A stretch of DNA of 64,000 nucleotides from Cladosporium halotolerans (lineage: Eukaryota), in assembly GCF_011745625.1 (NCBI RefSeq), contig NW_027191465.1, forward strand, positions 496,001-560,000. The letters are read 5' to 3'. Both the position numbers and the translations under genes were made by a program. Below, in pieces: positions 46,881 to 58,914 of this stretch. The notes under the pieces were generated by a model, which saw nothing but the letters and a program-made list of their open reading frames with translations, had not been told where the DNA came from and did not search any database. Each line of letters starts with the position of its first letter. Position 1 is the stretch's first letter.

Positions 46881-49472
46881 CTACCCGACGAGTCCACGCC
46901 CAACCGTCTCACCACCAGACCTAAGGACAACGCCACTCCCCTTCTCAACAGCAACGCCCTCCTCAACCACAACCTTCACCTTCACAACCTGCCCCGGCAT
47001 AACAACCCTCGGCTTCCTCTTCACGACCTCCCCACCCCGCTTCTCCCTCAACTCCGCCATCCCCGCGATCCGTCCAGGCACATGCAAGCGCCCAACATGC
47101 ACATCGACCGCGCTCGGCAACAGCGTCCCGATCGCATCGACCTCGACTTCAAACTCCTTGAGAACACTAACAGGCCTCCTCGCATCGCAAAGCGTATCGC
47201 CCGCCTTCAGATTTCTCTCAAGAGACTCCATGTCCCCGCTGTCGAGGTGCAGCGTCGCCAGCTGGCCGGCGACGGCGTAATCGCGCGCCTCGTTGGCGAC
47301 TTCGACGCTCTTGACGACGGCCTGCTCGCCGCGCGGGAGGACCACGATGCTGTCGCCCGCTTGCACGGCGCCGGTCGCCAGCCGGCCGGAGACGGAGAAG
47401 GGGTTTTGCACGCCGCCGCGGAAGATGTCTGTGATCTGCATGCGCAGAGGTTTTCTGACGTCCTCCTCGCCAGTGTGGACCGTAGCAGCCATAGACTCCA
47501 AAGCGCTGGTAAGCGTTTCGCAGCCCTCCGCGACCCATGACGAAGCGGGGGAAGCAGGCGCTTTGGCGACATTGTCGCCGCTGAGGCCAGAGCAAGGGAT
47601 GACCTTGATCTTCTCGTCCTCGAATCCCGTCTCCGCGAGCAGCTTCCTCACCTCCCCGCCGACCTGCTCGAACAAGCCCCTATCCCACTCCGGCGTCGAG
47701 CCGTCCATCTTGTTAACAGCGACAATCATCCTCTCCAACCCCACCGCGCGCGCAAGCAGCACGTGCTCCCTCGTCTGGCCCTTAAGCCCGCTCTCCAACT
47801 GATTCGCGTCCACAACCAAAACACCCAAATCCGCCATCGCCGCACCACCAATCATATTCGGCACGAAATCCCTATGCCCCGGCGCATCGAGGATCGCAAA
47901 ATCCGCTTTCTCCGTCGAAAAGAAATGCTGCGCGATATCGACCGTGACGCCGCGCTCGCGCTCGTCGGAACTCGTGTCCATGACCCACGCGAGCGCGAAA
48001 GACCCCTTGCCCTTCTCGGCGGCCTCTTTGCGGTACTTGTCGATGTCGCGCTGGGGCACGGCGCCGGTATCGAGGAGCAGGCGGCCCATGAGGGTCGATT
48101 TGCCGTGGTCGACGTGGCCGATGACGACGAAGGCGGCGGAGGGTTTGAGAGAGGAGGCGGAGGCGGACCAGAGGGTGGGGATGTCGAGGTTTTTGGACTT
48201 GATTTTGGGTTGTGTGGGTGCGGGTGCTGTGGCGGAGTTCGAGTTGAGGGAGAGGTTTTCGGCTTTCTTCGCTAGGTTGTTGGCGGGGGATTTGGTTTGT
48301 TTGGGAGTGTTGGTTCCGGAGGCTTCAACGTGTCGTTAGCTAGGTGTCTTTCCCTCACTTGTTTAGACCTTTGCTTCCGCCCTGCGCGCGGGAGACGACG
48401 TCGTCTGGAGAGGGATTGAGAAAGGCGTCTGGGGCTGTCGTCGAGCCAAGCATATCGCTGACGGTCATTGACTTGCTGAGGGCTCCACTATGAGGGCAGG
48501 TAGATATCGCCCGACCAAAGGCTGTAGGAGGCGCCCTCAAATCCGGCAACTGCTCTCGTTCCGGCTCAGGCTCAGGCTCAGGCTCCGCAGGCGGCGGCGT
48601 AGGCTCCCTCTTCTTCCTCGCCGGATACTTGCGCGGCTCTGGCGGCGGCGCAGCTTGTTCCCTCCCTCCCTGCTCCGCAGCCTTGCCCAGCGTCAAGCGA
48701 TCCAGCGCACTCGTCGCCTTCCCCGTCTCCGCCTCCACCGGCAAGCCCTGCTTCGCCGCCTCTGCCTTCTTCCTCCTCTCCTCCGCGAGTTTGGCCAGCT
48801 TGCTCGACCCGCCTAGCAGCTTCGGCGCAGGCCTCTTTGATCCTGTCGGCACCAGATCCCCAGCCATGTCGCTCGGCACGCAGTTCCAGGAAACGTTCGC
48901 GAACCAGCCTCTGGCCGGCGTCGTCGTCGTCAAGGCATCCAGAGGCGGGCTACGGTCTTCTTCCCTCGCAGACAAGTCAGTCGACCGACCCGCTTGCTCG
49001 CAGCCCCGCCAGTACAGCAGCCCTGCCTCCAGACCCCTGTCGCAGGAAAAGAAGTAGAGAATCCCAGGGGTCCAGCTAGTAGCTCCCGCGCGGCAGCAGC
49101 AAAGACAATCACAAGGAAAAAGAAAAACTCACCTCCAGCCTTCTCCTGCGCCTGATCGAACTTGCTCTTCGCCTTCTCCTTCTTCTCCACCTTCGGCTGC
49201 TGCTTCGGCTGCTTCGCGTTCTTCAGGTACGCCACGCTCTTGCCCACGTCCCAGAAATAGTGCCACAGCGCGTCTTCGATTTCCTTGGTGGTGGTGGGGA
49301 TGCCGGCCTCGTCGAGCTCGGCGCGCACGACGGGCGTGAGGGAGGCGAAGTTCTGGCGGTCTTCGTCCGTGAGGCCGTCGTCGCCCGCATTGTTGCCGTA
49401 CTCGTCTTCGGAGCCGGAGTAGAGGTCGTCGTCGTCGTAGTCGATGTCTTTGACGCGCTTGTGGCCGGACAT
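46881..49472 (-). CDS. HBS1: Hbs1 translational GTPase (ribosome rescue); predicted exons 49472-49133 and 48322-46881
   Basis: HBS1_N domain (IEDALWHYFWDVGKSVAYL) and GTPase motifs GHVDHGKST, ERERGVTVD, DAPGH and NKMD. The phase-1 donor at 49132 matches the phase-1 acceptor (GCTAAC..AAG) at 48323. Confidence 0.9.
48355..48959 (-). CDS. SKI7: Alternative Ski7-like exon of the HBS1 locus, ending in its own stop
   Basis: Motifs SKLAKLAEERRKK, APPTAFG and AFLNPSPDDVVSRAQ, then KGLNK*. CTGAC branch at 48976-48980 with in-frame AAG acceptors at 48960/48957. Confidence 0.7.
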
Positions 49473-50173
49473 GTTGACTGTGCTGAGTGGGGAAACACCC
49501 ACGAATCGCGGAGTCGCAAAAGGAGCCTTTTGGAAGAGTTTGTAGGGTTTGGAGAGAAGATAGAGTGAACAGGAGGTTATTTGCTTCAGAGGAAAGTCAA
49601 CAATCAATGCTCGTGAAGTTGATCAACGAGACGACTCACAAAAGTCGGTCACGTCACACAGCCCACCAAACCCCCACCAGGCGCGCTGACCGCCAAGAGG
49701 GAGCGCCTCAGGGCGCCCGCCAGCGAAGGACGGACTTCTTTCTGCCCAACCAACCACGCTTGACGCGCTTACCAGCACTTGGCTGCATTCACAAATCGAG
49801 GAATTGCGAAGCAACATCTGATCGACTCGCACCAAGCAGCTATGGAGCTACTTGTATGGCTTACCAACAATCATCATCGCACATTGCCATGTGCTCAGAA
49901 TGGATGACTTTTAGCGACATACAATACACCTGACGCCAGAGAGTAAAACAGTGCGATCGATCTTACGAAGAACCAGGCACTCGGAGGTTGTGAACAAAGT
50001 ATTTCTCTCTCTCGAGTATCCGAAGATACAAAAGCAAGCAATCTTCCAAACCACTTCGACCCATCTCGACCTCACCCTATCTCTCCCTCGTCTCGATAAA
50101 CATGAAACATAAATAATCATAAAGGTATCTCACATCAGAAACTCCACCATCAAGGTTTTTGTGAGAAAAAAGC

Positions 50174-50191
50174 AAAAAAAAAAAAAAAAAA
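50174..50191. repeat. Mononucleotide run A18, read as poly-T downstream of the minus-strand GPI gene
   Basis: Directly visible. Confidence 0.9.
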
Positions 50192-50268
50192 GAAGGCCAA
50201 AAGCCCAAACCATCGATCAAACAAGACCTCCTCATCAACAAAACCCGACCTCCCTCGACATCGAGCCC

Positions 50269-50628
50269 TCACAGCGCCAAAAACCCAACAACACCAACAC
50301 CTACCAGCAACCCAACTCCCTCCAACCCCATTCTCCCAGCGCCCGAATCCGGCAACCCCGTCGCCTCACTCACTCCTCCACTCGACGGCCCCGCGCCAGT
50401 GCCCAGCACCGTCGCCGTCCCGTTCCCGTACGGCGTCGCGCTGACGCTCGCCATGGTCGTGGTGGTGTGCGTGTGCGTGTCGTTGACCGGGCGCGTGGCG
50501 GTGACGGTCGCGACGACGCGCTGGACGGTGCGGGTTAGGGTCCAGGTTGTTGAGGCGGTGTTGGTGTCGGTCGCGGAGGCGAGGGTGAGGAGGAGGGGGG
50601 TTAGGAGGGCTGTGGTTGAGAGGCGCAT
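50269..50628 (-). CDS. Small Thr-rich secreted, probably GPI-anchored protein (119 aa)
   Basis: Signal peptide MRLSTTALLTPLLLTLASA, Thr-rich body, and omega-like SGAG followed by a hydrophobic tail. Confidence 0.85.
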   Translation of the reverse strand: MRLSTTALLTPLLLTLASATDTNTASTTWTLTRTVQRVVATVTATRPVNDTHTHTTTTMASVSATPYGNGTATVLGTGAGPSSGGVSEATGLPDSGAGRMGLEGVGLLVGVGVVGFLAL

Positions 50629-51971
50629 GGTTGATTTGGTGGGTTGGTTGATTGATGATCTGGTTGGAATGCTTCGATGGGTTGGACCCTGAGGTTCTGG
50701 AATGGCTTTGCTGTTCCGATGATTTGGGTGCTGGGTTCGATGGATGACGCTGGTGTGGAATGTGAAAATTGGTTTGTTTGTTTGTTGATGGGCTTCGATG
50801 GAAATTGCGCAGAGATTGTGCGATTGCGATTGCTGTGGTAGTCCGGTAGGTACGAGATTGGTGAGTGCGAGAGCAATGGTCGACTTTGTCGGTTGTTGAG
50901 AGCGCTGATATGGTGAAACGACAGGCGTCTGAGACTTGTTTGCGCGCTGTCAAGCGAGTGTCGCGGCGCAAGTCAGTGTGTCAAGAATAGACTGCGACGG
51001 CGGCAAAAGTTCTTGTTGTAACGAGCGACGATTGTAAAGACTGTGTAAGCGGATCGTAGGTCAAACGATCGCGGCGTGCTTGTCCAGCAGCAATGGGTGT
51101 TCAAAGAGCGTGGGTGGGGCGTCAGGTATACCAGAATATCGCAGAGACGAAGAAAAACCTGCGCGCTGGGGCGCCAACACTGACCTCGGGAATATAAGGT
51201 GTGCAGCCATCTGCCAACAGTACCGGCAGTGGGCGCAAAACCTTGACCGAATCTGCATGGTCGGTTAAGGTTTTGCCCTTCCAAGCAACGAGTACCGGCG
51301 ATTCATTGGAATCCGGTGGTGACTATTGATTGCGGTATTCGATGACACGACATTAGCTATCCGAAGCGACGGGAAATTGGGCGGCGACGCAAGCGAATCA
51401 AGCCACCCGGTCTGGCGGTGTTCGCTGTGCTGGTCACATGGTCACACCACCGCGATGGAGTCGTCTCTGCCTCTCGCTAGCCGCCGGCTGTCGCTGCTTA
51501 GGGCTGGAATGTCTCAACTGCGCATCGGGCCTTGGCCGCAGTGCAGCAGTGCACGGTTGTCTTGTCTGCGGTGTTTGCTGGCCTGATCTTGTGAGCCGTA
51601 ACATATTGCGACTCTTCGCCGCGATTGCTCTTGCAACACCATCGCGTGCACAACGCCCGTACGCGAACAGCAATCAACCAACGCGCTCGCCCACGGGCCC
51701 GGAGCGTTCGTCCCGGCCGGCCATAGCGAGATCAGAAAGAACAGGCGAAATTGGGTGAAACGGTTCCTGCGCTAGCGCCCGAAGGCCCGCGCCTCAACCC
51801 CAGGTACGCACGACCGGGGGCGTGTCAAACACCCGCAGGGCAGGGAGGAACAACAACGTGGCCGCCGTCAGCGACGACCACGTCGAGCGAAAAAACTGGG
51901 TCGCATGGGCTGTCGGCATTGCTACCGAACCTTTGTCGATTGCAAGCTGACTGCATGACTTCTGATGACTG

Positions 51972-51991
51972 TTACCTTACCTTACCTTACC
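51972..51991. repeat. (TTACC)4 pentanucleotide microsatellite
   Basis: The sequence ttaccttaccttaccttacc is directly visible. Confidence 0.8.
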
Positions 51992-52913
51992 CTATGCTCC
52001 TCAGTCAGCATGCCCAATCGCTCTCTCGTCATCTCGCCTCCCCCTTCCCACGTTCGCTTGCTCGCCAAGGCCCTGTCTCTCATCTCCCCAACTCGCCAGC
52101 CCCCTCATCCCCTCCCTCCTAGCCCCAATGGCTACGCCCCCTTGGAGCGTTTTCGCTAGCCTGGGCGACACTCGGGACGGTGAGCCGGGAGTCGTCCGTC
52201 ACAGGTCCAAGCAGTGGACATTCGGACACGTCGCGTGATGCCAGCGCCATTGACACTACCGTAGCGACCGGCGCAAATTGACTCGTTGGCGAGAGTAAGC
52301 GGGTGCCAGGACGACACGCTTGCCCAGCTGGGTGCGGAGCTTGACTTGATTTTCTTACACTTGGGCTGGACGAGGAGTCCCAAATTCTTGTGAGAGCGAC
52401 GAGCCCAAAGCACCGCGCATTTTCATGCCAGTGGCTTCTACTAGACGTTTGTCGTGGTGAGCTAGTGCGGCTGGAAGGCTGGTGCCCTTGTCGATGTCGC
52501 CAAGAGTAATACAGTTGCCGGTGTTTGCTGCGTGGTGTCGTATGACAAGGTCAGGACAGGTGTCATTTCGTGTTCACGCGAAATGAGGAATGACAAACGC
52601 TGTGTAGCCGATTGACTATACTGAGGTTACGACATGCTCGATTCGACTGAGCGGCTCGCCAATGGTACTGCAAGGCAAGTACCTGCAAGCAGTGGTATTT
52701 CCATCTGCGACTAAGCCCACGTATACTCCCGTGAACACGTCCCGCGCAGCGTCCTCCATTCGACTCCTCCTAGACCTCGTCTCCAGGGTAGGTGTCCGTC
52801 ACGGAAAGCACAGATTTGCGATGACGATACAGGTGTACTATCGAGCATCTCACTACTCAAAAAACTGGCCGACTGAAGCCTTCAACAGCCAGGTTCCCGC
52901 AAACTTGCCGCCC

Positions 52914-55761
52914 TTACACATTCTCGCCATAATCGGCATAACTCGGCGGCTGAATCGTCACCGGCACCGTAAACTCATACTCCTCCCTCGGCCTCGGCAG
53001 CGTCTCCACGACCGCCGCCTTGCCCTTCAACTCAAACTCCACCACCGCGCGCGCGTCATTGTCAAGCGCCAACTTGTACTTCCCCGGGTAGATGACCATA
53101 TCCCCATTATCATCCGCGCGCGCCAACGAGCCCAGCGAAAGCGGCAGATCGACCGTCTGCTTGCCGCCGCGCGGGCGGAGATCGTGCGCGCGGGCGTACG
53201 AGACGAGGCGTTTGAGGGGCCGCGGGGCGGGGCCGGCGTTGGGGCTCGAGAGGAAGAGGAGGGCGGTGTAGTCGCTTGTGTGGCGCCGGCCGGTGTTGGT
53301 GATGTGGGCGCGGAGGGTTGTGAAGGGGATTGTGTCGGGGAGGAGGTGGGGTGACGTAGAGGAGGAGTGGGCGGCGTGGAGGAGTTGTTGGATGTTGTAG
53401 GATTTGCGCGGGGGGTGGGTGAGTTTGGTGGCGAAGGTGGTGTAGTGCAGGCCGTAGGCGAAGGGGAAGACGGGCTTGCCGGTGTACCATTGGTAGGTGC
53501 GGCCGGGGTAAGTGGCGTTGGGACGGAGGTTGATGTCGTAGATGCTGACTTCGTCGTTGTATGCGGCGGGATACTGCGTGATGGGTAGGCGGCCGGCGGG
53601 GGATTTCTTGCCGGTGAGAATGTCGAGGATGGCGGTGCCGCCGCTTTGGCTGGGGTATCCGACCCAGAGGAGGGCTTTGACGTTTTTGTTGCGGACGAGG
53701 GCGGTGTCGTCGACTTGTCCGCCGCCAAATTGGCAGACTACCACGGGCTTGCCGGTGCCTGCGAGCCGTTCGATGAGGTCGAGCTGGTTTCCGGGCCATT
53801 CGAGCGTCTCCCTGTCGTTTGTCTCGCGCTCGAGAGTGTTGTCCAGACCGCCCATAAAGATCACCACGTCAGCGTCCTTGGCTGCAGACACCGCAGCATC
53901 GAAGTCCTCGGTGCTGTTGGAGTTGATACCAGTGCCCTCTTCGTAAGTGACGTCCCACATGCCGTAGCCATTGAGAGCCTCCAACGGGCTGACAATATGC
54001 CTCGGAGTGCCAGAGTAAGCGCCCTGCATCTGCTCCGTCGCATTGCCGTAAGGTCCAATAAGCGCGACCTTCCGCTTCCGATCACCATCCAGAGGCAAGA
54101 TGTCCTTGGTGTTCTTCAGAAGCGTAATGCCCGCCACAGCGGCTTCATAAGCCAGCGCGTCGGCCTCAGGCGTGGCGACATCAGACCAGCCTACTTCGGC
54201 ATACTTGCCGCCATCGAAGAAACCAACAGTGAAAAGAGCGTTGTAAAGCCTCGTCAGTGCCTCGTCCACTCGAGCGACAGTGGTCGTATTGGCGGCGAGA
54301 GATTCGTTGAGTCGGACGTATGTGTTACCGCAGTCAAGATCTGTTCCAGCATTGAGAGCCACGGATGCCGCGTCCTCAGCGGTTTCGGTGAAATTGTGCC
54401 AGTCAGTGATGTCGCCAACAGCACCGCAGTCGCCGACAACGTAATGGTAGTCGGCGGTGAAGTTCCAGTGGTCCCTCAACACCTCTTCGAGCAGATATTC
54501 GCTGGCACAGGAAGGGATACCGAGTACGGCGTTGTAAGAACACATCACGCTACCGACATGTGCCTCCTGGATGCAAGTCTTGAAGGGTGCAAGGTAGTAG
54601 TCGGCAAGATCCTGCTGCGTAGGGTCATAGTTGTTGCCATACCGGCCAGTCTCGATGTCATAGACGGCATAGTGCTTGCAGGTGGCGATGATCTGCTTGT
54701 TGTCGAGGTCGTCGCCCTGCAGAGCCGGGACGAAGTTGCGGATGTAGTTCTGCACGTGCAGCACGTCTTCGCCGGGCGTCTCTTGGCCTCTGCCCCAGCG
54801 TGGGTCGCGGAAGTTGTTCATCTGGAGTAATTGTCAGTCAAGATCAGCGGCATATAAACCACCTCCACAACTTACGTTCGGCGCCCAGTAATCAAAGCCC
54901 GCATACCCATTATTTCCAAATGCCCTACCCTCCCTCCCAACAACCTCCCCAATAGCCTTAATAAGCTCATCATCAAACGCAGCCGCGTAGTGAATCGGCG
55001 AAGGGAAACTCGTAGCATAGCTGAAATTGTACCCCTTTGGAGTAAACTGCACGCCCGGCGCCGAGCCAACGCCATGCGTCGCCTCGCTCCACCACTCGTA
55101 CGAGGGCAGACCGATCCTGCGCGCGCCGGCGGAGGCATCCACGAGGTTGAGGATCTTCTCCTCCAGCGTCAGATCGCCGACGAGCGAAGCGACGCGCTCG
55201 GCGACGCTCAAGCTCGCATCGCAGATGCCGCGCGAGCACAGGGGGCTCGTCTGGCACGCCGGCGTGAACAGGTCCGCGCCGATGCTGGCGTTGCCCTGCG
55301 GGTTGTCGACTTGCAGGAGCGTCATGCTATCCGATCCATCCGATCAGCTTTCTATCCCAGGACCCAAGGGCAGGAAAAACTCACATATAGCCCCCACCGC
55401 ACTTATTCCCCGGGTCCGTGACGCACGGCTGGCACCTGCTCTCGTCGATCTCGTTCGCATTGCCGAAATCCGGCTCATTATCGCAAAAGCACTGCGTGCC
55501 GAAATTGATCCCGCCGTAGGCATACCCACGCTCGCCGCACCAGCTCGCGCAGTACGAGGGCGTCATGGCGATTGTGCTGAGTTTCGCGGCCGACAGGATG
55601 CTGACGCTGCTGTCGTTATAGCAGCCTAGGGTGGTGAAAGTGGCGTTGTAAGCTGCGGAGGAGCTGGAGGAACACTGCGAGGCATCATTTTGGGCGTGGG
55701 CGAAGGGCGCGAGAAGGAGAGGTGCTAGAGACCAGGGGAGGAGGTGTTTTGGGGGGGCCAT
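52914..55761 (-). CDS. Secreted GH3 beta-xylosidase-type glycosidase with N-terminal WSC domain; exons 55761-55385, 55326-54876, 54821-52914
   Basis: Signal peptide and WSC (LGCYND..MTPSYCASWC..YGGINFGTQCFC..CGGG). GH3 motifs WWSEATHGV, FRDPRWGRGQETPGED, CKHY, MCSYN and GDCGAV. Two in-phase introns. Confidence 0.93.
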
Positions 55762-56181
55762 GGTGGTGGACGCCTTGGAGGTTTGGAGCAGCGTTGGGGC
55801 GTGAGTTGTTGCTGGAAGAGGGGAGCCATTGTAATATATTGAGAGCCGGTGTGGCCAGTCCTGACGATGTCTTGCATTTTACCGCACTCTGGGAGCACCT
55901 CCTCATCGCTTGGCCACGCTAGAGAGCATAGTTCAATCCATCGATGCATTGACGACGGACCTCCAGCAGGGAGCCGTCGAGACTTGTCGTCATTACGTCT
56001 TACCTCCTGCAGCAAAGCAGTCTAAACATCAGGCTGAATGCCCTAAGTGCAGCTCGGGCTATGCCGTGCGATCGCCATCAAGCGAGAGAGGAAGCATGAA
56101 GTCAAAAAACGCTCTGGTTGTAGAAGGAGGAGGAAGCGTTCCCCGCATGAGACCCAGTTTTCCGTCGATCGCGGCGTGAGA

Positions 56182-56189
56182 TTTAGCCG
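56182..56189 (-). promoter_or_regulatory. XlnR-type site CGGCTAAA upstream of the GH3 xylosidase
   Basis: Plus-strand TTTAGCCG equals the GGCTAAA/CGGNTAAW consensus, about 420 bp upstream of the ATG. A second GGCTGA lies near 56032. Confidence 0.45.
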
Positions 56190-56568
56190 ACTTCACTTCA
56201 TCGACCAGGGTCGCCGTTTATAAGAGGAGATACGGCTTGGCGGTTATGACTGTGTTAGAGTTCACTCAATTGCGATCTCCAAAATACAGTACCCATCGTA
56301 AATATCAATGATCCAACGTATCATACACACTGTCCTGTCTTGATATAGTGACAATAACGAGTTCGCAACATCCCTATCCCCATCCTTCGCATGCACCATC
56401 GTCAAAGCCCTGAGGCCCGGAGTAAAACAGAGGACTAAAATTATCAGAAGACCGAATAAACCCAACGCCTCGCTAAAAGGAAAGAAATAAAGAAAAATTC
56501 AACCCCTCAGAAAAACCAACCAAACCACCCAACAAAACCGAATTCCCAACATCAATAACCCTCCCCCT

Positions 56569-58914
56569 TCAAGCCCCAACCCCCCCAACATCCCCCCAAA
56601 GCCTCCTCGCCACAGCCTCCACACTCTCCTCCTCCCCTCTCTCCTCCTCATCCCGCCCCTCGCCCCCAACAAACGACACCCCCCTCTGCGGGCCCCTCCT
56701 CCCCTGCCCCTGCACATTGACCGAGCTCCTCGAACTCTGCAGCCCGGCCGGTGCACCCACCGGCCCGCCCTTGAGCGGACTCCCGCTCAGCCCCTTCTCC
56801 GCCGCCGCGCCGCTCACGGCGCGCGAGTGCAGGCCCTTCTTGCCCCCCGCCGCAGCCGGCAGCGAGACGGCGCTCTTGCTGGTCCGCAGAGCCGCCGCGT
56901 GCACTTTCTGCGGCGAGCGGCTGAGCCTGCTGCCCTTGCAGGCGCGCAGGCGGGTGAGGGACTCCGCGAGCGGGTCGCGGAACTTCTGCACGACGCGGAG
57001 TTCCGTGTGCACGGCCTTGAAGCGGCCCTGGAAGATCTCCGGGCCGAGGGAGAGGTTGGTCGAGGCGGAGTTGGCGAGCGTGTTGGTGCCGGTGGGCGTG
57101 ACGGAGCCGCCGTTGGTGGCGGCGGCGGCGTTGCTGAGGGCGGCGAGGTTGAGGTAGGATTTGAGGGATTCGTTGCGGCGGTCGTAGACGTGGGCGGGGA
57201 TGAAGGGGTTGCGGTCGACGGCGGAGTGGATGTCGGCCATGGCTTTTTCTTGTAGCATTTTGAGCTCGGTGCGCGAGCGGCCGAGGGCTGGGGTGGCGGT
57301 GCCGGAGGAGCCGGAGATGGTCGAGTTGCCGGGGCTGATGGGCTCGGGGTGCTGTTGGGAGGTGTGGCGGGAGTGGTTTTTGTTGTGGCGGTGCATAGAG
57401 CTGTCTGCTTCAGGAGTGTGGAAGGAGGACATCTTGGGTGTATTTTGGGTGGTGGTTGGGTTGCTGCCGGTGTATGGATGTGACGTGCTGGGGATGAAGC
57501 GAGAGACGAGCTCTTGTTGCTCGGCGTCTCCTGCTGAGGCGGAGCCAGTTGACAGCGTTGATGTAGCGGGCGACCCGCGAACGCTATGTGAGCTGTCCAG
57601 GGCGTTCACGTTGCTCGTCATCGCTGGTGCAGGTAGAGTGCCGCTAGCATTCCTCAGATATGGCATGGTCGGGTTGGGGTGCTCCCTCGCCGCATGGAGC
57701 GGACTCCTCGGGGGTTGAGAGATCTTCGGAGGCTGCTGTCTTTCTGATATCGGCTGCTTAGGTAGCTGCAGTTCTTGCGGCTGCTGTCGCTGCTCTTGCG
57801 CAGGCTGTGAAGTAGGTCCTGCAGCCTGTGGTCTCGGCTTGACAGTGCTGCGAGGGCTGGGCGTCTCGTCGTCCTCCTCAGTCTCGGTCTCAGTCTTCTC
57901 CTCGTCTTCGTCATTCTCCTCAACACTCGACTGATGACCCTCCTGCTGCACCTCCGGACGCTCCACCTGCACCAGCCTCTCCGGCAGCAACGCCCCCTTC
58001 CCAACCACAACCGGCACCCTCTCAGCCGACCTGTCCTGCACCACACTCTCCCTCCGCGAATTATTCGCCGTGTTCTGCCTCGTGCTATACGGGCTCGCGC
58101 TCGTGCTCTCCTCTGTCCAATCACCCTCCTCCATCCCGTGCCCATCCATATCGACCGCCTCCTCGTCAGCACTGTCGCCCGAACTCCCGACCGCAAAACC
58201 AACCTTCTTCGGCCCTCCGCCGCGCTCCCTCTTCTCCGCCAGCCGCTGCGCCAGCTCGACCTCCTGCTCGTGCAGGTCCTTCTCCAGCGCCCACTTGCTC
58301 ATGTCGGCGCTCTTGGGCCGCTTGCTGCGGCCCTTGAGCCCCGGCGAGGGCGGCGCCTTGCCGCTGCCGCCCAGCGCGGCCAGGTTGCCGCGCGAGTTGA
58401 GCCGCTGCAGCGCGCCGTGCGAGTGGTTCTTCTTCAGCTTCGTGTGCGACTGGTTCCGCGAGAGGTGGTAAGACGTCATGTTACGGCGCATCGCGGGGCG
58501 CTGCTGCTGCTGCATCTGCTGCTGGAGGACGGGCGTGCTCTCGTCCAGGCTGCCGGGGAGCCGGATCTCGGTGTCGTTCTCGTGGCTGCGGTTGCGGCCG
58601 TGGTGGTTCTGCGGCTGCTGGTGCTGGCGCTGGGCGGCGGCCTCGTGCGCGCGGCCCATCTTGGCCAGGTTGCGGCCGCTGGAGTGGTTGCGCGGCAGGA
58701 CGATGCGGGCGTGCTTGCCGCTGCGCACCGGGTGCCGCAGGGCCTGCTGGCCCTCGGGGTGCGAGCCGGGCGAGACGGCGTCGCGGACGGCTTGCCTCGT
58801 CTGCCCGGAGGTGGAATGGCTGGAGTGGCGCTTGGGCAGGCCGGGGCGCGCTGAGCCCGTGGAGGCTTTGGGCGACGAGGGCATGGCGGGCGCGGGCGAG
58901 GAGGCGCTCGGCAT
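56569..58914 (-). CDS. Disordered protein resembling TORC1 subunit Tco89
   Basis: ATG at 58914 in a GCCATG context. RSRTELKMLQEKA, TELRVVQKFRDPLAESLTRL and C-terminal ARRLW resemble Tco89-family blocks as I recall them, not searched. Confidence 0.65.
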   Translation of the reverse strand: MPSASSPAPAMPSSPKASTGSARPGLPKRHSSHSTSGQTRQAVRDAVSPGSHPEGQQALRHPVRSGKHARIVLPRNHSSGRNLAKMGRAHEAAAQRQHQQPQNHHGRNRSHENDTEIRLPGSLDESTPVLQQQMQQQQRPAMRRNMTSYHLSRNQSHTKLKKNHSHGALQRLNSRGNLAALGGSGKAPPSPGLKGRSKRPKSADMSKWALEKDLHEQEVELAQRLAEKRERGGGPKKVGFAVGSSGDSADEEAVDMDGHGMEEGDWTEESTSASPYSTRQNTANNSRRESVVQDRSAERVPVVVGKGALLPERLVQVERPEVQQEGHQSSVEENDEDEEKTETETEEDDETPSPRSTVKPRPQAAGPTSQPAQEQRQQPQELQLPKQPISERQQPPKISQPPRSPLHAAREHPNPTMPYLRNASGTLPAPAMTSNVNALDSSHSVRGSPATSTLSTGSASAGDAEQQELVSRFIPSTSHPYTGSNPTTTQNTPKMSSFHTPEADSSMHRHNKNHSRHTSQQHPEPISPGNSTISGSSGTATPALGRSRTELKMLQEKAMADIHSAVDRNPFIPAHVYDRRNESLKSYLNLAALSNAAAATNGGSVTPTGTNTLANSASTNLSLGPEIFQGRFKAVHTELRVVQKFRDPLAESLTRLRACKGSRLSRSPQKVHAAALRTSKSAVSLPAAAGGKKGLHSRAVSGAAAEKGLSGSPLKGGPVGAPAGLQSSRSSVNVQGQGRRGPQRGVSFVGGEGRDEEERGEEESVEAVARRLWGDVGGVGA

